Position numbers and translations under genes: made by a program
DNA from: Eledone cirrhosa
Taxonomy: Eukaryota
DNA: 64,000 bases
Assembly: GCA_964016885.1 (NCBI GenBank)
Contig: OZ024741.1
Location: 33,480,001-33,544,000, forward strand
Reading direction: 5' to 3'
Part shown: in pieces, positions 41,451-55,285 of the stretch
Position numbering within the stretch: position 1 is the stretch's first letter
Layout of the letters: each line of letters starts with the position of its first letter
The notes under the pieces: generated by a model
The model's input: the letters and a program-made list of their open reading frames with translations, nothing else
What the model was told of the DNA's origin: nothing
The model's database searches: none

Positions 41451-44400
41451 TTACAGATATATACTCAGAGTAGGCCCATTCACTCGGGCCATACTTGCTT
41501 CTCTCACCCATCTTTCAACAAAATGCTGGGAAGAGAGCACTTCCCTCTCTACCCTGATTTTCCTTTTCAAATGAAATTTGAAAAAGTTAATCAGGGCATC
41601 ACCGAAGAGGTAAGTGCTCGTCTTCAGCCCTTTCAAACGTGTCCACCATACTATCTCTTTCGCCATGGCCACCAGACAGATAAAAACTGCCTGCCCTTCC
41701 CGGCTAAAGGAAGAGGGCGGGGCAATCCTCACGATGGACTCAACTGATAGCTGGATCCGTCCTACACGTGACAGCAGGGGTTCGACATAAACCCACAAGT
41801 CTGCAATGCTCGGACACTGGACGAGTGCGTGCAGGACGGTTTCGTCGCTCTGCGCGCATCTTGGACATGCCCGGCTGACGGCACCTCCATGCCTGTAGAG
41901 TTTATCCCGAACTGGCAAAGCCCCTCTGTAGCACTGCCAGGCCAGGGATTTCTGGAAGTTGTCCATAGGCCCTGGCTCGAAAGTTCTTCCGAAGAGTTTG
42001 GCTAGTTGATTTTCGTCGACGCCTAGAGTCTCTCCAAGTACGTCGTCGCTCTTCCCCTCCACTAATCCTCTATAGAACGCCAAGGTGGAGTTTCCACCGA
42101 TCACATTGCCCGATTGGTCGAGGGCTGTGAGCGCCTGAAGACATTTCAGTCTCCAAGCGCTCCCTCTCGGGCTTCGCTTGACCCAGGACTGCAGCTCCGT
42201 CAAGGAGACGAGCTGGGGAAAGACGTGTCTAGCAAACGGCGACCACACCCGATCACCGTCGAGGAAGAGGTGGAGATGTCGTAGCCTGAGCGCGTGTCTG
42301 CGCATCATCAGCCACGGCATACCCAGCCCTCCACATAGCGGGTGTTGACAGCAGATGGACCGCCTGACCATCGGAGCGCGTCCTTTCCACAAAAAGCGAA
42401 AGAGCAAACGCTCCAGCGCAGTCAGGCGGGGCTTAGGACAAGGTACGACGGTCAGGCGGTAGTAGATGACGGACGCGATGTACGCGTTAGTGACCTCCGC
42501 TCAACCTTTCAGGGATAGCTTCCTCTCCGCCCATTTCTGGGTGAGAGAAGCCTACCTGCTCTTCACTTCGTCCCAGTTTTTGTCCGTCTGGAGGTCCGGA
42601 CCGAACCAGACCCCTAGCAATTTAACCGGTCCGTCCGTCCAACGCACGACGACGCTGTTGGATGGCATGGACCTGCCTCTCCAGGTGCCGAGCTGCTGGC
42701 CCACTGACTTTTCCTGGTTGATCATTGCTCCTGTCACCGCTTCGTATTCTCTTAGTGTAGTGCCGATCGCCTCGATGTGTTTGGCGTTCGACACCACTAC
42801 GGTGACATCGTCCGCATATGCTGACACGGATCTTCCGCATCCTAGTTCGCGCGGGACCCCCTCAACGTCTCCAGTTTGTGCAGTAATGGCTCGAGAGTCA
42901 ATACGTACAAGAGGGACGAGAGGGGACAACCTTGGCGGACCGAGCGCATGATGTTGAACGGTTCCGAAAGGTGACCGTTCACTCTCACCACAGAGCAGAT
43001 GTCGCTGTGCATGGCAGCGATCCAGCCTCTGAAGACGGGCCCAAAGCCAGCCGCCCTCAGGACTGCCGCTAGGTAACGATGGTCGACCCTATCGAAAGAT
43101 TTCGACTGATCTAAATTGATCAAGGACCCACACGTGCCAGGTTCCCTAGCTACCCTCTCTACGATGTATCGCATGAGCTGGAGGTTGTCGTGGATGGATC
43201 TGTCTGGAATGGCGCATGTCTGCGCCTCTCCCTCCAGACCACAAACGACAAGCGCCAACCTCTTTGCTAGCACCTTGGCCAAAAGCTTGAACTCTGTGTT
43301 TAGCAGAGTTATGGGCCTGAAATTATCTATGTTATCCCCCTTGTTCGGATCCTTTCTCAGCAGCGCCACAGCTCCTCGGCTCACAGAGCTGGGAATTCTC
43401 CCGTTCTGTTGCAAGTTGCAGTAGACATCCGCCAAGAGGCCTCCGAACAAGTCTGGCATCTGTACGTAAAGTTCATAGGGCAGACCATCCAAACCAGGCG
43501 ATTTACCCCTTATGCAGCCAGTCATTTCCTCCCGTACTTCAGCAGCTGTTATCGGCTTTTCGCAACCCTCCGCCTCAGTGGCCGAGAGCCGCGGCAGTCC
43601 GTCGAGGTAGACACTAAAGTCCATCCTTCGATCCGGCCCGCCACTGCCCCGGAACAGCTGTGCGAAGTGTCGCTGAAAAGCTTCACACATTTGCCCGGGA
43701 CCGAGTAGCATGCGCCCGTCGTGGTCCACCAAAGACCGGATCGTGGCTTTGTTGCCACGACGCGCCTCCACCACTCGGACCCATTAAACGGCTTTCGTCC
43801 CCTCGTGTCTGAGAGCATGCACCCTAGCTCTGACAACGCAGCCTTCGTGCTTTGCATTGAAGAATTGGTCAAGGGCCAATTTAGCCGCAAGTACGTCGGT
43901 CGCGATGCCTTTGCTAAGCGCCTCGTTTAATTTTCTAACTAATTCTCCCTCTGCTCTATTTTTCTCTATTGCTAAAGCCTTACTAAACCTAATGGACTCT
44001 ATTCTAATCGCTCTTTTCAGAGCAAACCACCACTTGTTGTTCACGATGGCCCCGTCAACGCCCGCTTAACTAGTTCGCTAATCCGGTCTCTGTAGGCCTT
44101 GTGCGCTGGTAAGGACGCGTTTAGCTTCCAGTAGCCGGGTCCTCGTCTATGAAGCCTATCTAAGTCAAGCACACAGATCACGAATTTGTGGTCCGTGTAG
44201 CTGATTATCTTAAATTGTGGACAGCCTATGCTAGACCTATCTATTTCCCTACAAAATACTCTATCTAGATATTATCTGGATGACCCTATGCGATTTGTCC
44301 AAGTCCACATTGGCACATTCGGGAAATCCAATCGGTACTTGTCAGACAGTTCAAAACACCTGAGCAGGTTGGTGAGGCTCTTGCACCCTCCTCCCCTATC

Positions 44401-44868
44401 CGCTAATCCCACACAGTCCCAGCGTGCATCTAAGATCCCGTTCCAGTCGCCCACTAACACTAAAGAGCGGGACGTTCCAAGAAAGGTCTCCAGACGCCGG
44501 AAGAAATCAGGCCGCCCTGCTCCTGTCGGGGCATAGACGGCCAATAGCCTGAAAGCTTGCCCGTCTCCGCTGGTCACGTCCAGCACCACCAACTTACCTT
44601 CTGGGTCCAAGAAGATGGCCCGTATGGCGAGATCCAAACCTCTCCGAAAAGGCACAGCAACTCCTCCCCCCGATCCAGGACGGCTGGGAGATGCGTACAC
44701 ATCGTAGCCGCCGAAGATCGGTGCGAACGCCCGTGCTTCGGAGATTCTGGTCTCGCTGATGGCCACTACATCTATGTTTAGTGACCTGAGGTCGTTGAGC
44801 AGGTGGCCCTGCTTCCATGACGACCCCAAGCCACGCGCATTTATGCTGCCTATTCTGAGTGAGGTCAT
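41451..44868 (-). pseudogene. ORF2: APE endonuclease + RT + C-terminal CCHC (several stops/frameshifts)
   Basis: SINARGL, ISET, VYAP, VGDWN; KSPGLDGLP, NFRPITLLN, DQSKSFDRVDH, RQGCPLS, AYADD; CPRC...ETVLHALVQC. Confidence 0.93.
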
Positions 44869-44978
44869 GTTGAAGTGGAGTGGAAAAGATGGGAAAGACC
44901 ACTTACCTTACTTCTCGTAGAGGAAGGATGGTTTCTCCATCCTTTTCACTGCTTGTGGCCTCCTCCGGAAGGATGTCC

Positions 44979-46585
44979 TTATAAATCCTCCTGGAGAGTG
45001 CTTGTCGGAAGTCGCCGATGCCTTTGGGGAATTTTTGTTTTAGTGTCGTGTACGTTTTCTGTGTGATGCGAGTGATTTGAATGTGTGGAGGTGGTGTGAA
45101 CTTTTGGGTTGTTGTGTAGTCTTTTTCTGTGATGCTGGTGTTGTGTTGGATGTAGTGTAATAATTGGTTGTTGTTCAAATTTAATGCCGTATAGTGTGTA
45201 TCGTTTTTGGTTGTTTTGTTTTGTTTGCGCTTGTGGGTTTGTTTCTGTTTCGCTTTTTGGTGACTTTTGTGGTGTTGGTGATGGTGATGTTGGGGTTAAT
45301 GATGGTGTTGGTGTTGGTGTTTGTGGTGATGGGGTTGGTGATTCTGGTGTGGATGGTGGCATATCTGTCCTAACTTTTTTGTTTGATAGTTTATTTGTTT
45401 CCCTCTGTATTTTGTTTTTGGAGGGGGAGGGAAGAGAATATTTTCTTTTTTGGTTTCTTTTTTTCTTTTTTCCTGATACCGTTTCCCACTCCTCGTCGTC
45501 ACAATCTCTCTCCAGTTGTGATAGGCCGAGGAGTGTAAAATCCTCCACAGGCGTTGGTTTTGGTTGTGGCGTGGTAGATGGTGTAGGCGCTGGTGCTAGT
45601 TCTGGCGCGTTGGGTGGTGGTGGTGTTGGTTTTGCTACTGTTGCTGGGGTTGTTGCTGTTACAGTTGCTTCTGTTGTTGCTGCTACAGTTGTTGCTGCCA
45701 TCTCTGCTGGTGGTGGTGTTGATGGTTGAGTCACTGGGGTGGGTAAGAGAGGTGGCCTCAACCTTTTAGCCTGAGGGCAGAAAGCCCTTAGGTGGGTTCC
45801 TTCACCACAAACGACACACCTAGGCCTTCTGCCCTCGACGATTACGGTGAGGTGGCTGCCGTCAGTGAGGTCTATTACCTCTGGTATCTCCTCAATGCTT
45901 TTTTGGTCCGCTTGGATCAAGAGCTCCATCCCAGATCCGGACCAGTTCTCCTGCTTTTCTTTCGCTATTTCGATTATCTTGGTGTTAGCTTCGATGCCGG
46001 CGAGGACGGCAGCTATTAGCCAAGGAATTTCGATGGCCGGTGGAACGTGGGTCACCCTGTTTTTTACGAGTCACTGGCCACAATAGCTTGGGACGAGTGT
46101 GAAGTCGTCACTTCTTAATGGGGACATGGAATGTTCTCTGGCCTCCTGTGGTGTTCCAAAGAACACGTCCACGGTTCCATATTTCTGCCCTCGTCTGATG
46201 TGGGGTTTTTTTTCCCACACATGTCCCAAAGCTTTTGGATTTGGGACTCGGATGCCCGTTCCACTCGGCGCGATTTTATGTTAATCGTCCGATAAGACAC
46301 GGTGCATAGGCACCGATGCTCCATTTTATTAGGTGTGGGGGTGAGGCTGACCCTGTACCCATCTTTCTTTACCATTCTCTTGGCTTCATCTAATTCTTCC
46401 TGAGTTACCTGGATTGCTTCGCACTTTTTTGCTACTCTGTCAAAAGACAGGGTGGTTTTCTTATTCTCATTGTTGTTGTTGCTGTTGTTATCGTTATTTT
46501 TGTTATTGTTATTTTTAGTTTCAGTTATGGTGTTGGTGGCGTCTGTGGTGTTTGGTGTGGAAGAGTCCATTCTGGGTGAATCCAT
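44979..46585 (-). pseudogene. ORF1 with CCHC zinc knuckle and Pro/Thr-rich tail (frameshifted)
   Basis: VEGRRPRCVVCGEGTHLRAFCP; EEWETVSGKKKKR; lies upstream of ORF2. Confidence 0.8.
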
Positions 46586-47043
46586 TTCGATGTCACGAGA
46601 TAATTTATTTTTTCTTTTGTTTCTGTTGTCGCTGTGGTGGTGGTGAGTGTGGCGGCTTCAACTCCTGCAGTCATTGGTAATGGCGGGAAATGAATGTCTG
46701 CATGAGACAAATTTAAATTATTGCTACTGCTTATATTTTTAGTGTTGGCAAACGTAGTAATATATACAATGGTGGTGTCGGTGTGAGGTGTTAGTTTGTG
46801 AGGAAGGTGTGACTGTGAGTTGTCCATGATTTTTTTTCAAAGACATTTTTTGTTTGATAATTATAAAAGTTTAAATTTTGGGCTCAAGGCGTCAATCTTT
46901 TTTAGTGTCCTTTTCCGAAAGCAAATTTTGTGATCTTAAAAATAGTTAGCAACAAAAATTTTCCATAAATGGCAATTTTAAACAAACGAAAACAACAAAC
47001 CTTTGCGGAGCTCACGATAATACGATTTCCTACGTAGGTCGCC

Positions 47044-47096
<53 letters not shown>

Positions 47097-47097
<1 letters not shown>

Positions 47098-50000
47098 TTA
47101 TTGTTATAAGGCTCAAATATTCAAATATTCAACTTTGTATTGTACACTGTATATCCAAAAAAAAATAAAAAAATGGCTATAAATGGAAGAAGAACCCCTC
47201 CCCTCCTCTCCTCTGGCTACACTATATAGGACAGCTAAACTCACCAACACCAGAAACTAGATACACCACCCACCCCATCATCTGTGTACACTAAACACAA
47301 CAGCCAGATAACGACACATTTTCACCTTCACCGCCACCGCTCACTACGGCCATCATTACCACCACTATCCCATCACCGCCGCCACCACCCCTTGACTCCG
47401 CTACAGCACCATCACTACAGTAATACGGTCACATCACCGCCACCACTGCCTCGGTATCGACATCACCACCACCACTGTCTCAGTATCGCTAACGCCGCCA
47501 GTCTCCCACTTCCCTGCCGGCTGCTACTTCCACATTATAGAATTCCTACTACTAACAAAGAGGAAGGCATCAAAATATATAGATAGACCCAAAAGAAAAA
47601 AGAAAAAACAAACAACAAAACCAAAGCAGCACAGCAACAACAGCAAAAAACGAGAAAAACAAACAGAGAAAAACAAAAACAAAAAAAAGAAACCCCAAAA
47701 ACGTAAAGAAAATAAGAATGAAGAGAGAAGCAGGCGGACGGACAGAGAAGAGGGGGGGAAAAGTAAAACTTAAAAAACTAAAACTAAGTCAGACATTCGA
47801 ACACTACATTACAATGAAACTTATGCTTATTCATTTCTGGGGCCCTTTCTGCCTGTGTGTTTGTTTGTTTATGTGTGTTCGTATACAGCGTGGCGATAAT
47901 GCCACACAAGGGCCAAGTGGGATGGCGGATCCACAGATGGCTATGTAAACATACATTCGCCAATCCTCGATAAGAGTGTTTAAATATCGAACATAAACAG
48001 TTCGAATAACGGTGAAATGGAGACTAGAACGTCATGTGACAGACTCTCACCCAACAGGTGCCCCCTGGCTCAGCAGCAGGAACCTGGCTGTCAACCAAAT
48101 ACTGCTGATGTTGGAGGAAGGAGAAGAAGGAAAGGGGCCAGAACCAACTGGACGAAAGAATTGAATAGAACTGTTATGCAATGCTACCTGAAAATTAACC
48201 CCAAGGAGAGGGGCTACAGGAGACGGATGCATAACATCTGGAACGAGATTGGTTTATTTAAATTAGATGAACAAAAATTGGCCGGGCAGGCTCGGGTAAT
48301 AAGAACTAATGGGTGGATAAGCGAGCTGGAACTGGAGGAACTGAGCAGAGAGAATGGCTTGGAGATGGCGGGTGTAGTATGCCAGACAAGCGAGCCGGTG
48401 GGAAATGAAGGTGAGGAGGTCCTGAGAACGGAGGAACCACCCGAAGCAGACAATGATCTGAGTACTGAGATAAATAATACCTGGAACAGAGATACGGCCA
48501 CTGAGGAGATGAATGCTGACGGGCTAGGACAAGATTCGGTTGACATCCTAAATTTAGTGGTAGATGAATTGAACAATGATAGTGGGAGACCTATGAACCT
48601 AAGATTTGTAGACAGGAAAAAGTTAAAAGAAACAACAGCTAAGGTAAACAAAGTCATCCCATACCTTGAGGCGAGGAGCCTTCACCAGTGCAACAATATC
48701 CTCAGAGCAACAGCAAATACGGTGAGGAAAATACTTGGTATAAAAGCGAGAGGAAACAACAGACAAGAAAGAGCAGAGCCGTGGTGGAAGAAGCGACTGA
48801 GTGGGCAAATCGGGGAAATGAGAAATGACATAGGAAAGCTTGAGTCACTACTGAATGGGACACTAAAAAACATAGGCACTAAAAATAGACTGGAAATAAA
48901 ATACAAAACTAGGAGTAAAAAGCTAAATATTATCATAGAGGAATTGAAGCAACGCATTGTAGCAAAGAGTGCCAAAATCAGGCGATACGAGAACAGAGTC
49001 AGTCAGTATAAACAGAACCGCATGTTCGACAACAACCAGAAGATGCTGTTTGGACAGCTTGAGGGCAAAGAAAGAGGCAACGACTTGATCCCCGGGGCGG
49101 AGCAAACTAAAACATTCTGGAGAGGAATATGGGAGCAGGATGTTAGACACAATGCCCAGGCAGGGTGGATTGAGACAGTACAGAGGGAGATCGGTGAGCA
49201 GGCACAGCAACAGACTGATTTGAGTATCACAGTTGAAACTCTTAAGGGGCAAGCCAAAAAACTAACCAACTGGAAATCACCAGGCCCAGATGGTGTGCAG
49301 GGGTATTGGATTAAACATCTAACATCCCTCCACCCGAAGCTGACGGCCATGTTCAATGAATGCTTGGTGTCGGGTGAGGTGCCAGAGTGGTTGACAAAGG
49401 GTACCACAGTTCTGATAATGAAAGACCGAATCAAGGGTAATGATGCTACCAACTATAGACCTATCACATGTCTGCCCGTAATGTGGAAACTGTTGACGAG
49501 CATTGTGTCTGAGGAAATCTACCATCACCTCCACACAAACAACTTGTTACCGGACGAACAGAAAGGATGCCGAAAGAAGTCACGTGGTACAAAGGACCAG
49601 TTGCTTATTGATAAGATGGTAATGGGGAATTGCAGGAGGAGACACACTGATCTTGCCATGGGATGGATAGACTACAGAAAGACATTTGACATGGTGCCTC
49701 ATTCCTGGATCACCAAAAGCCTGGAGATCTTCAGGGTGGCGGATAACATCAGACAGTTGCTAGGCAGGAGTATGGGGTCCTGGGAGACAGAGTTGACATC
49801 AACTGGAGTATCCTTGGGAAGCGTGAAGATCAAGAGAGGTATCTTCCAGGGAGATAGCCTGTCCCCTCTGTTATTTGTCCTTGCCCTGATGCCCATGACC
49901 AGTGTACTGCGAAAAGTGAGAGCAGGATACGGGTTGGGAAAGGGAGAGCTTACCATCAATCACCTCCTCTTCATGGACGATCTTAAGCTCTTCGGGAAAA

Positions 50001-51520
50001 GTGAGAAGGAGTTGGATGTGCTTGTTGACACTGTCCGTATTTTCAGCAGTGATATATGTATGCAGTTTGGTATTGGTAAATGTGGAGTCATTGTGATGAA
50101 GAGGGGTAGGTTGAGCAGAAGTAACGGGATCCAGATACCAACAGGTGAGATGATAAAGGAAATTGACTCTGAGGAAGGATACAAGTATTTGGGCGTTCTG
50201 GAGGCTGATGGCATAAAGAACACAAAAATGAAGGAATTGTTAAGAACTGAATACATTCGGAGAGTAAGGAGCGTATTGAAGTCACATCTGAACAGCAGAA
50301 ATGCCATAAGCGCAGTAAATTCCCGAGCTGTGTCTATTATTAGGTACAGTGCGGGAATTCTGAGATGGAATGTTGCTGAACAGAAAGAAATGGATAGGAA
50401 GACTAGGAAGCTATTGACTATCTACAACATGTTCCACAAGAGGAGTGATGTCGATAGACTCTACCTAAGGAGATCTGAGGGTGGAAGAGGTCTTATCAGC
50501 ATAGAGGACTGTGTTCAGATGGAGAAAAACAACCTATACAAATACGTGACCTATAGTAAGGAGCCAATGCTCAGAGCTGTACTGAAGGAGGGGACAGTAG
50601 GCCAGGGGATGTCCAGGGAGGAAATAACATCAAGGAGGAAGAGCAGCCTTAAGGGAAAACCCCTTCATAGTACCTTCTTTGAGAAAACTGAATTTAGAGA
50701 TCCACAGACATGGAACTGGTTGAGAAGAGGAGACCTCAAAAAGGCTACAGAAGGAATGCTAATGGCTGCGCAGGAGCAGGCCCTCAAAACGAAGTGGTTG
50801 AAGCACCATATCTACAAGGAGGAGGCCAGCCCACTGTGCAGGATCTGTGGAGAGAGAGAGGAGACTGTGGCTCACATTGTGTCCGAGTGTAAACACCTAG
50901 CCCAGACCCACTATAAGGGCTGAAGACACGATGTGATGGGCAGGGTGATCCACTGGCACCTGTGCAAAGTAAACAATCTACCACATTCTGAGAAATGGTA
51001 TGAGCATAGGCCAGAGGCGGTGATGGAGAACAATCAGGTGAAGGTGCTGTGGGATTTTAGGATACAGACGGACAAAAAACTGGAACACAATAGACCTGAC
51101 CTGGTGGTTGTGGACAAAGAAAAAAGATCGTGCCTGATTGTGGATGTGGCCTGCCCGTTCGACACGAGAGTGCAAGAGAAGGAGAGGGAGAAAATTAACC
51201 GATACCAGGACTTAAAGTGGGAGGTGAAAAGGATTTGGAACTGCCATGAAGTCAAAGTGATCCCGATTGTCATAGGCGCACTGGGGACTATCTCCAAAAG
51301 TTTCCAGGGATGGTTAAAGAAAATCGGCCCCTTCGCGCTTTTTGGAACGCTTCAAAAGGCATGCTTGCTTGGAACAGCAAGAACCCTCCGATACGTCCTG
51401 AATATCTGAGGCTGCAGGTAGTGGCTTGATATTCAATCCAACGGACTTTCCAGTTAACCAACATCAATGACGGAGATTCAAGGAATAACAATAACGATAA
51501 TAATAATAATAATAATAATA
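47097..51520 (+). mobile_element. R4/Dong-clade non-LTR retrotransposon, apparently full length, with (TAA)n at both ends
   Basis: Single long ORF with RT and restriction-like endonuclease; 3' end GATTCAAGGAATAA(C/T)AATAA. The 5' boundary is inferred from the (TAA)n tract. Confidence 0.9.
48017..51409 (+). pseudogene. RT + CCHC + RLE endonuclease ORF with one nonsense codon (TGA 50921-50923)
   Basis: NWKSPGPDG, YRPITCL, GIFQGDSLSPLLF, LFMDDLKL, CRICGEREETVAHIVSEC, HNRPDLVVVD...IVDVACP. The sister copy has TGG at the stop position. Confidence 0.93.
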
Positions 51521-53268
51521 ATCAGACAGTTGTTGGGCAAGAGTATGAGGTCCTGGGAAACAGAGTTGACATCAACTGGAGAATCCTTGGGAAGCGTGAA
51601 GATCAAGAGAGGTATCTTCCAGGGAGATAGCCTGTCCCCTCTGTTATTTGTCCTTGCCCTGATGCCCATGACCAGTGTACTGCGAAAAGTGAGAGCAGGA
51701 TACGGGTTGGGAAAGGGAGAGCTTACCATCAATCACCTCCTCTTCATGGACGATCTTAAGCTCTTCGGGAAGAGTGAGAAGGAGTTGGATGTGCTTGTTG
51801 ACACTGTCCGTATTTTCAGCAGTGATATATGTATGCAGTTTGGTATTAGTAAGTGTGGAGTCATTGTGATGAGGAGGGGTAGGTTGAGCAGAAGTAACGG
51901 AATCCAGAAACCAACAGGTGAGATGATAAAGGAAATTGACTCTGAGGAAGGATACAAGTATTTGGGCGTTCTGGAGGCTGATGGCATAAAGAACAAAAAA
52001 ATGAAGGAATTGTTAAGAACTGAATACATTCGGAGAGTAGGGAGCGTATTGAAGTCACATCTGAACAGCAGAAATGCCATAAGCGCAGTAAATTCCCGAG
52101 CTGTGTCTATTATTAGGTACAGTGCGGGAATTCTGAGATGGAATGTTGCTGAACAAAAAGAAATGGATAGGAAGACTAGGAAGCTATTGACTATCTACAA
52201 CATGTTCCACAAGAGGAGTGATGTCGATAGACTCTACCTAAGGAGATCTGAGGGTGGAAGAGGTCTTATCAGCATAGAGGACTGTGTTCAGATGGAGAAA
52301 AACAACCTACACAAATACGTGACTGATAGTAAGGAGCCAATGCTCAGAGCTGTACTGAAGGAGGGGACAGTAGGCCAGGGGATGTCCAGGGAGGAAATAA
52401 CATCAAGGAGAAAGAGCAGCCTTCAGGAAAAATCCCTTCATAGTACCTTCTTTGAGAAAACTGAATTTAGAGATCCACAGACATGGAACTGGTTGAGAAG
52501 AGGAGACCTCAAAAAGGCTACAGAAGGAATGTTAATGGCTGCGCAGGAGCAGGCCCTCAAAACGAAGTGGTTGAAACACCATATTTACAAGGAGGAGGCT
52601 AGCCCACTGTGCAGGATCTGTGGAGAGAGAGAGGAGACTGTGGCTCACATTGTATCCGAGTGTAAACACCTAGCCCAGACCCACTATAAGGGCTGGAGAC
52701 ATGATGTGATGGGCAGGGTGATCCACTGGCACCTGTGCAAAGTAAACAATTTACCACATTCTGAGAAATGGTATGAGCATAAGCCAGAGGCGGTGACGGA
52801 GAACGATCAGGTGAAGGTGCTGTGGGATTTTAGGATACAGACGGACAAGAAACTGGAACACAATAGACCTGACCTGGTGGTTGTGGACAAAGAAAAAAGA
52901 TCGTGTCTGATTGTGGATGTGGCTTGCCCATTCGACACGAGAGTGCAAGAGAAGGAGAGGGAGAAAATTAACCGATACCAGGACTTAAAGTGGGAGGTAA
53001 AAAGGATTTGGAACTGCCATGAAGTCAAAGTGATCCCGATTGTCATAGGCGCACTGGGGACTATCTCCAAAAGTTTCCAGGGATGGTTAAAGAAAATCGG
53101 CCCCTTCACGCTTTTTGGAACGCTTCAAAAGGCATGCTTGCTGGGAACAGCAAGAACCCTCCGATACGTCCTGAATATCTGAGGCTGCAGGTAGTGGCTT
53201 GATATTCATTCCAACGGACTTTCCAGTTAACTAACATCAATGACTGAGATTCAAGGAATAATAATAAT
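51521..53268 (+). mobile_element. 5'-truncated second R4/Dong copy (open frame to 53182)
   Basis: Near-identical to 49748-51490; starts directly after the (TAA)n tail of copy 1. Confidence 0.95.
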
Positions 53269-53468
53269 GGTTTCTGATTTAGGCACAAGGATGGCAATTT
53301 TGGGGGGAGGGGAAAGTCGCTTAAATCGACCCCAGTGCATTACTGGTACTTTATTTTATCGACCTCGCAAGGATGAGAGACAAAGCTGAACTCAGACCGT
53401 AGACGGCTGTAAATCTATGTTGCAAAGCATGGTGTCTGACGCTCTACCGATTCTGCCAATCCATCGCC
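53268..53468 (-). mobile_element. tRNA-derived SINE (subfamily with extra ~30 bp)
   Basis: TGGCAGAATCGG A box; 3' end CCTTGTGCCTAAATCAGAAACCATTATT. Confidence 0.88.
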
Positions 53469-53944
53469 AACTAAGCAGTCATTAGAGCGCCGGGTTAAGT
53501 ACCGTGTGGTATTTGTTTCGGTCGGCTCTCTATATTCCCTTATGTTAAAATGCTGACATGTTACAGCTAGGGCTTCTATCCAAGAAGATTCCTAAGAGAG
53601 ACAACGTGTGTGTTTGTCTGTTTGTGGGTATGCATTTCTATCTATCTATCTATCTATTTATTTATCTATCTGCCTATATGTATGTTTTTAATCTATACTT
53701 TCACCTCTGTTCTTCTCAGCCGCTCTCTCTCTCTCTCTGACTTTCTCTCTCTCTCTTTCTACTCCCTCTCTCTTAATATATGTTTATTTGTGTGGGTGTG
53801 TGCCTGTATACACACTCACGCACACACACATATATATTGAGGGCGACCGACCGAGATAGAAGCTGCTAAATAGTCGGTCGCCCCCTTGTCTCTGATTTTC
53901 AGCCCCATGGATTTTATCTGTTATATTCCCTTGTTATATTTTGA

Positions 53945-54002
53945 ATACCTGATGATGTCACCGGATTCATACTGAACCCGGTCATTGAAATGATCATAGT
54001 AT
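53945..54002 (+). ncRNA. Type I hammerhead inside a PLE-terminus-like segment (53840-54195)
   Basis: AUAC-CUGAUGA-UGUCACCGG...CCGGUCAUU-GAA-AUGAUCAU-A-GUAU, followed by AATAAA; upstream hairpin GGGCGACCGAC/GTCGGTCGCCC. Confidence 0.82.
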
Positions 54003-54193
54003 AATAAACCTTTCAAGGATTTACACCAGTCCAGCCTCCTGTTATTTTATAATAATTAACTCCGTCCTCGCACCACCAACAACACAAACGAAGACGGGTG
54101 AGTTGCATTAGGTTGAGTGCTCTCCATAATATTACATCGAGGTTGACCATACGAAATGACCAGCTCTATCCAGTGGTGATCCAACAAACCTAA

Positions 54194-55175
<982 letters not shown>

Positions 55176-55285
55176 ATAAAGTGACGGAGAGAGGGAGCGT
55201 GAAAGAATGATTGGTTGGGTAAAACGGGTTCAGGTAAATCAACTTCTTTCTGTAAAACCTTAAAAACTAATCATGTTATCAATAC

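Larger units (their letters stand above)
41201..47043 (-). mobile_element. Near full-length L1/Tx1-type LINE, disrupted, bounded by (TAA)n on both sides
   Basis: ORF1 pieces 46115-46585 and 44979-46055; ORF2 pieces from 44868 to 41451; AATAAA then (ATT)n at the 3' end. Confidence 0.93.

Noticed and set aside
50921-50923. In-frame TGA as selenocysteine or programmed readthrough
   Set aside because: The sister copy has TGG (Trp) at the same codon, so it is a simple nonsense mutation or base error.
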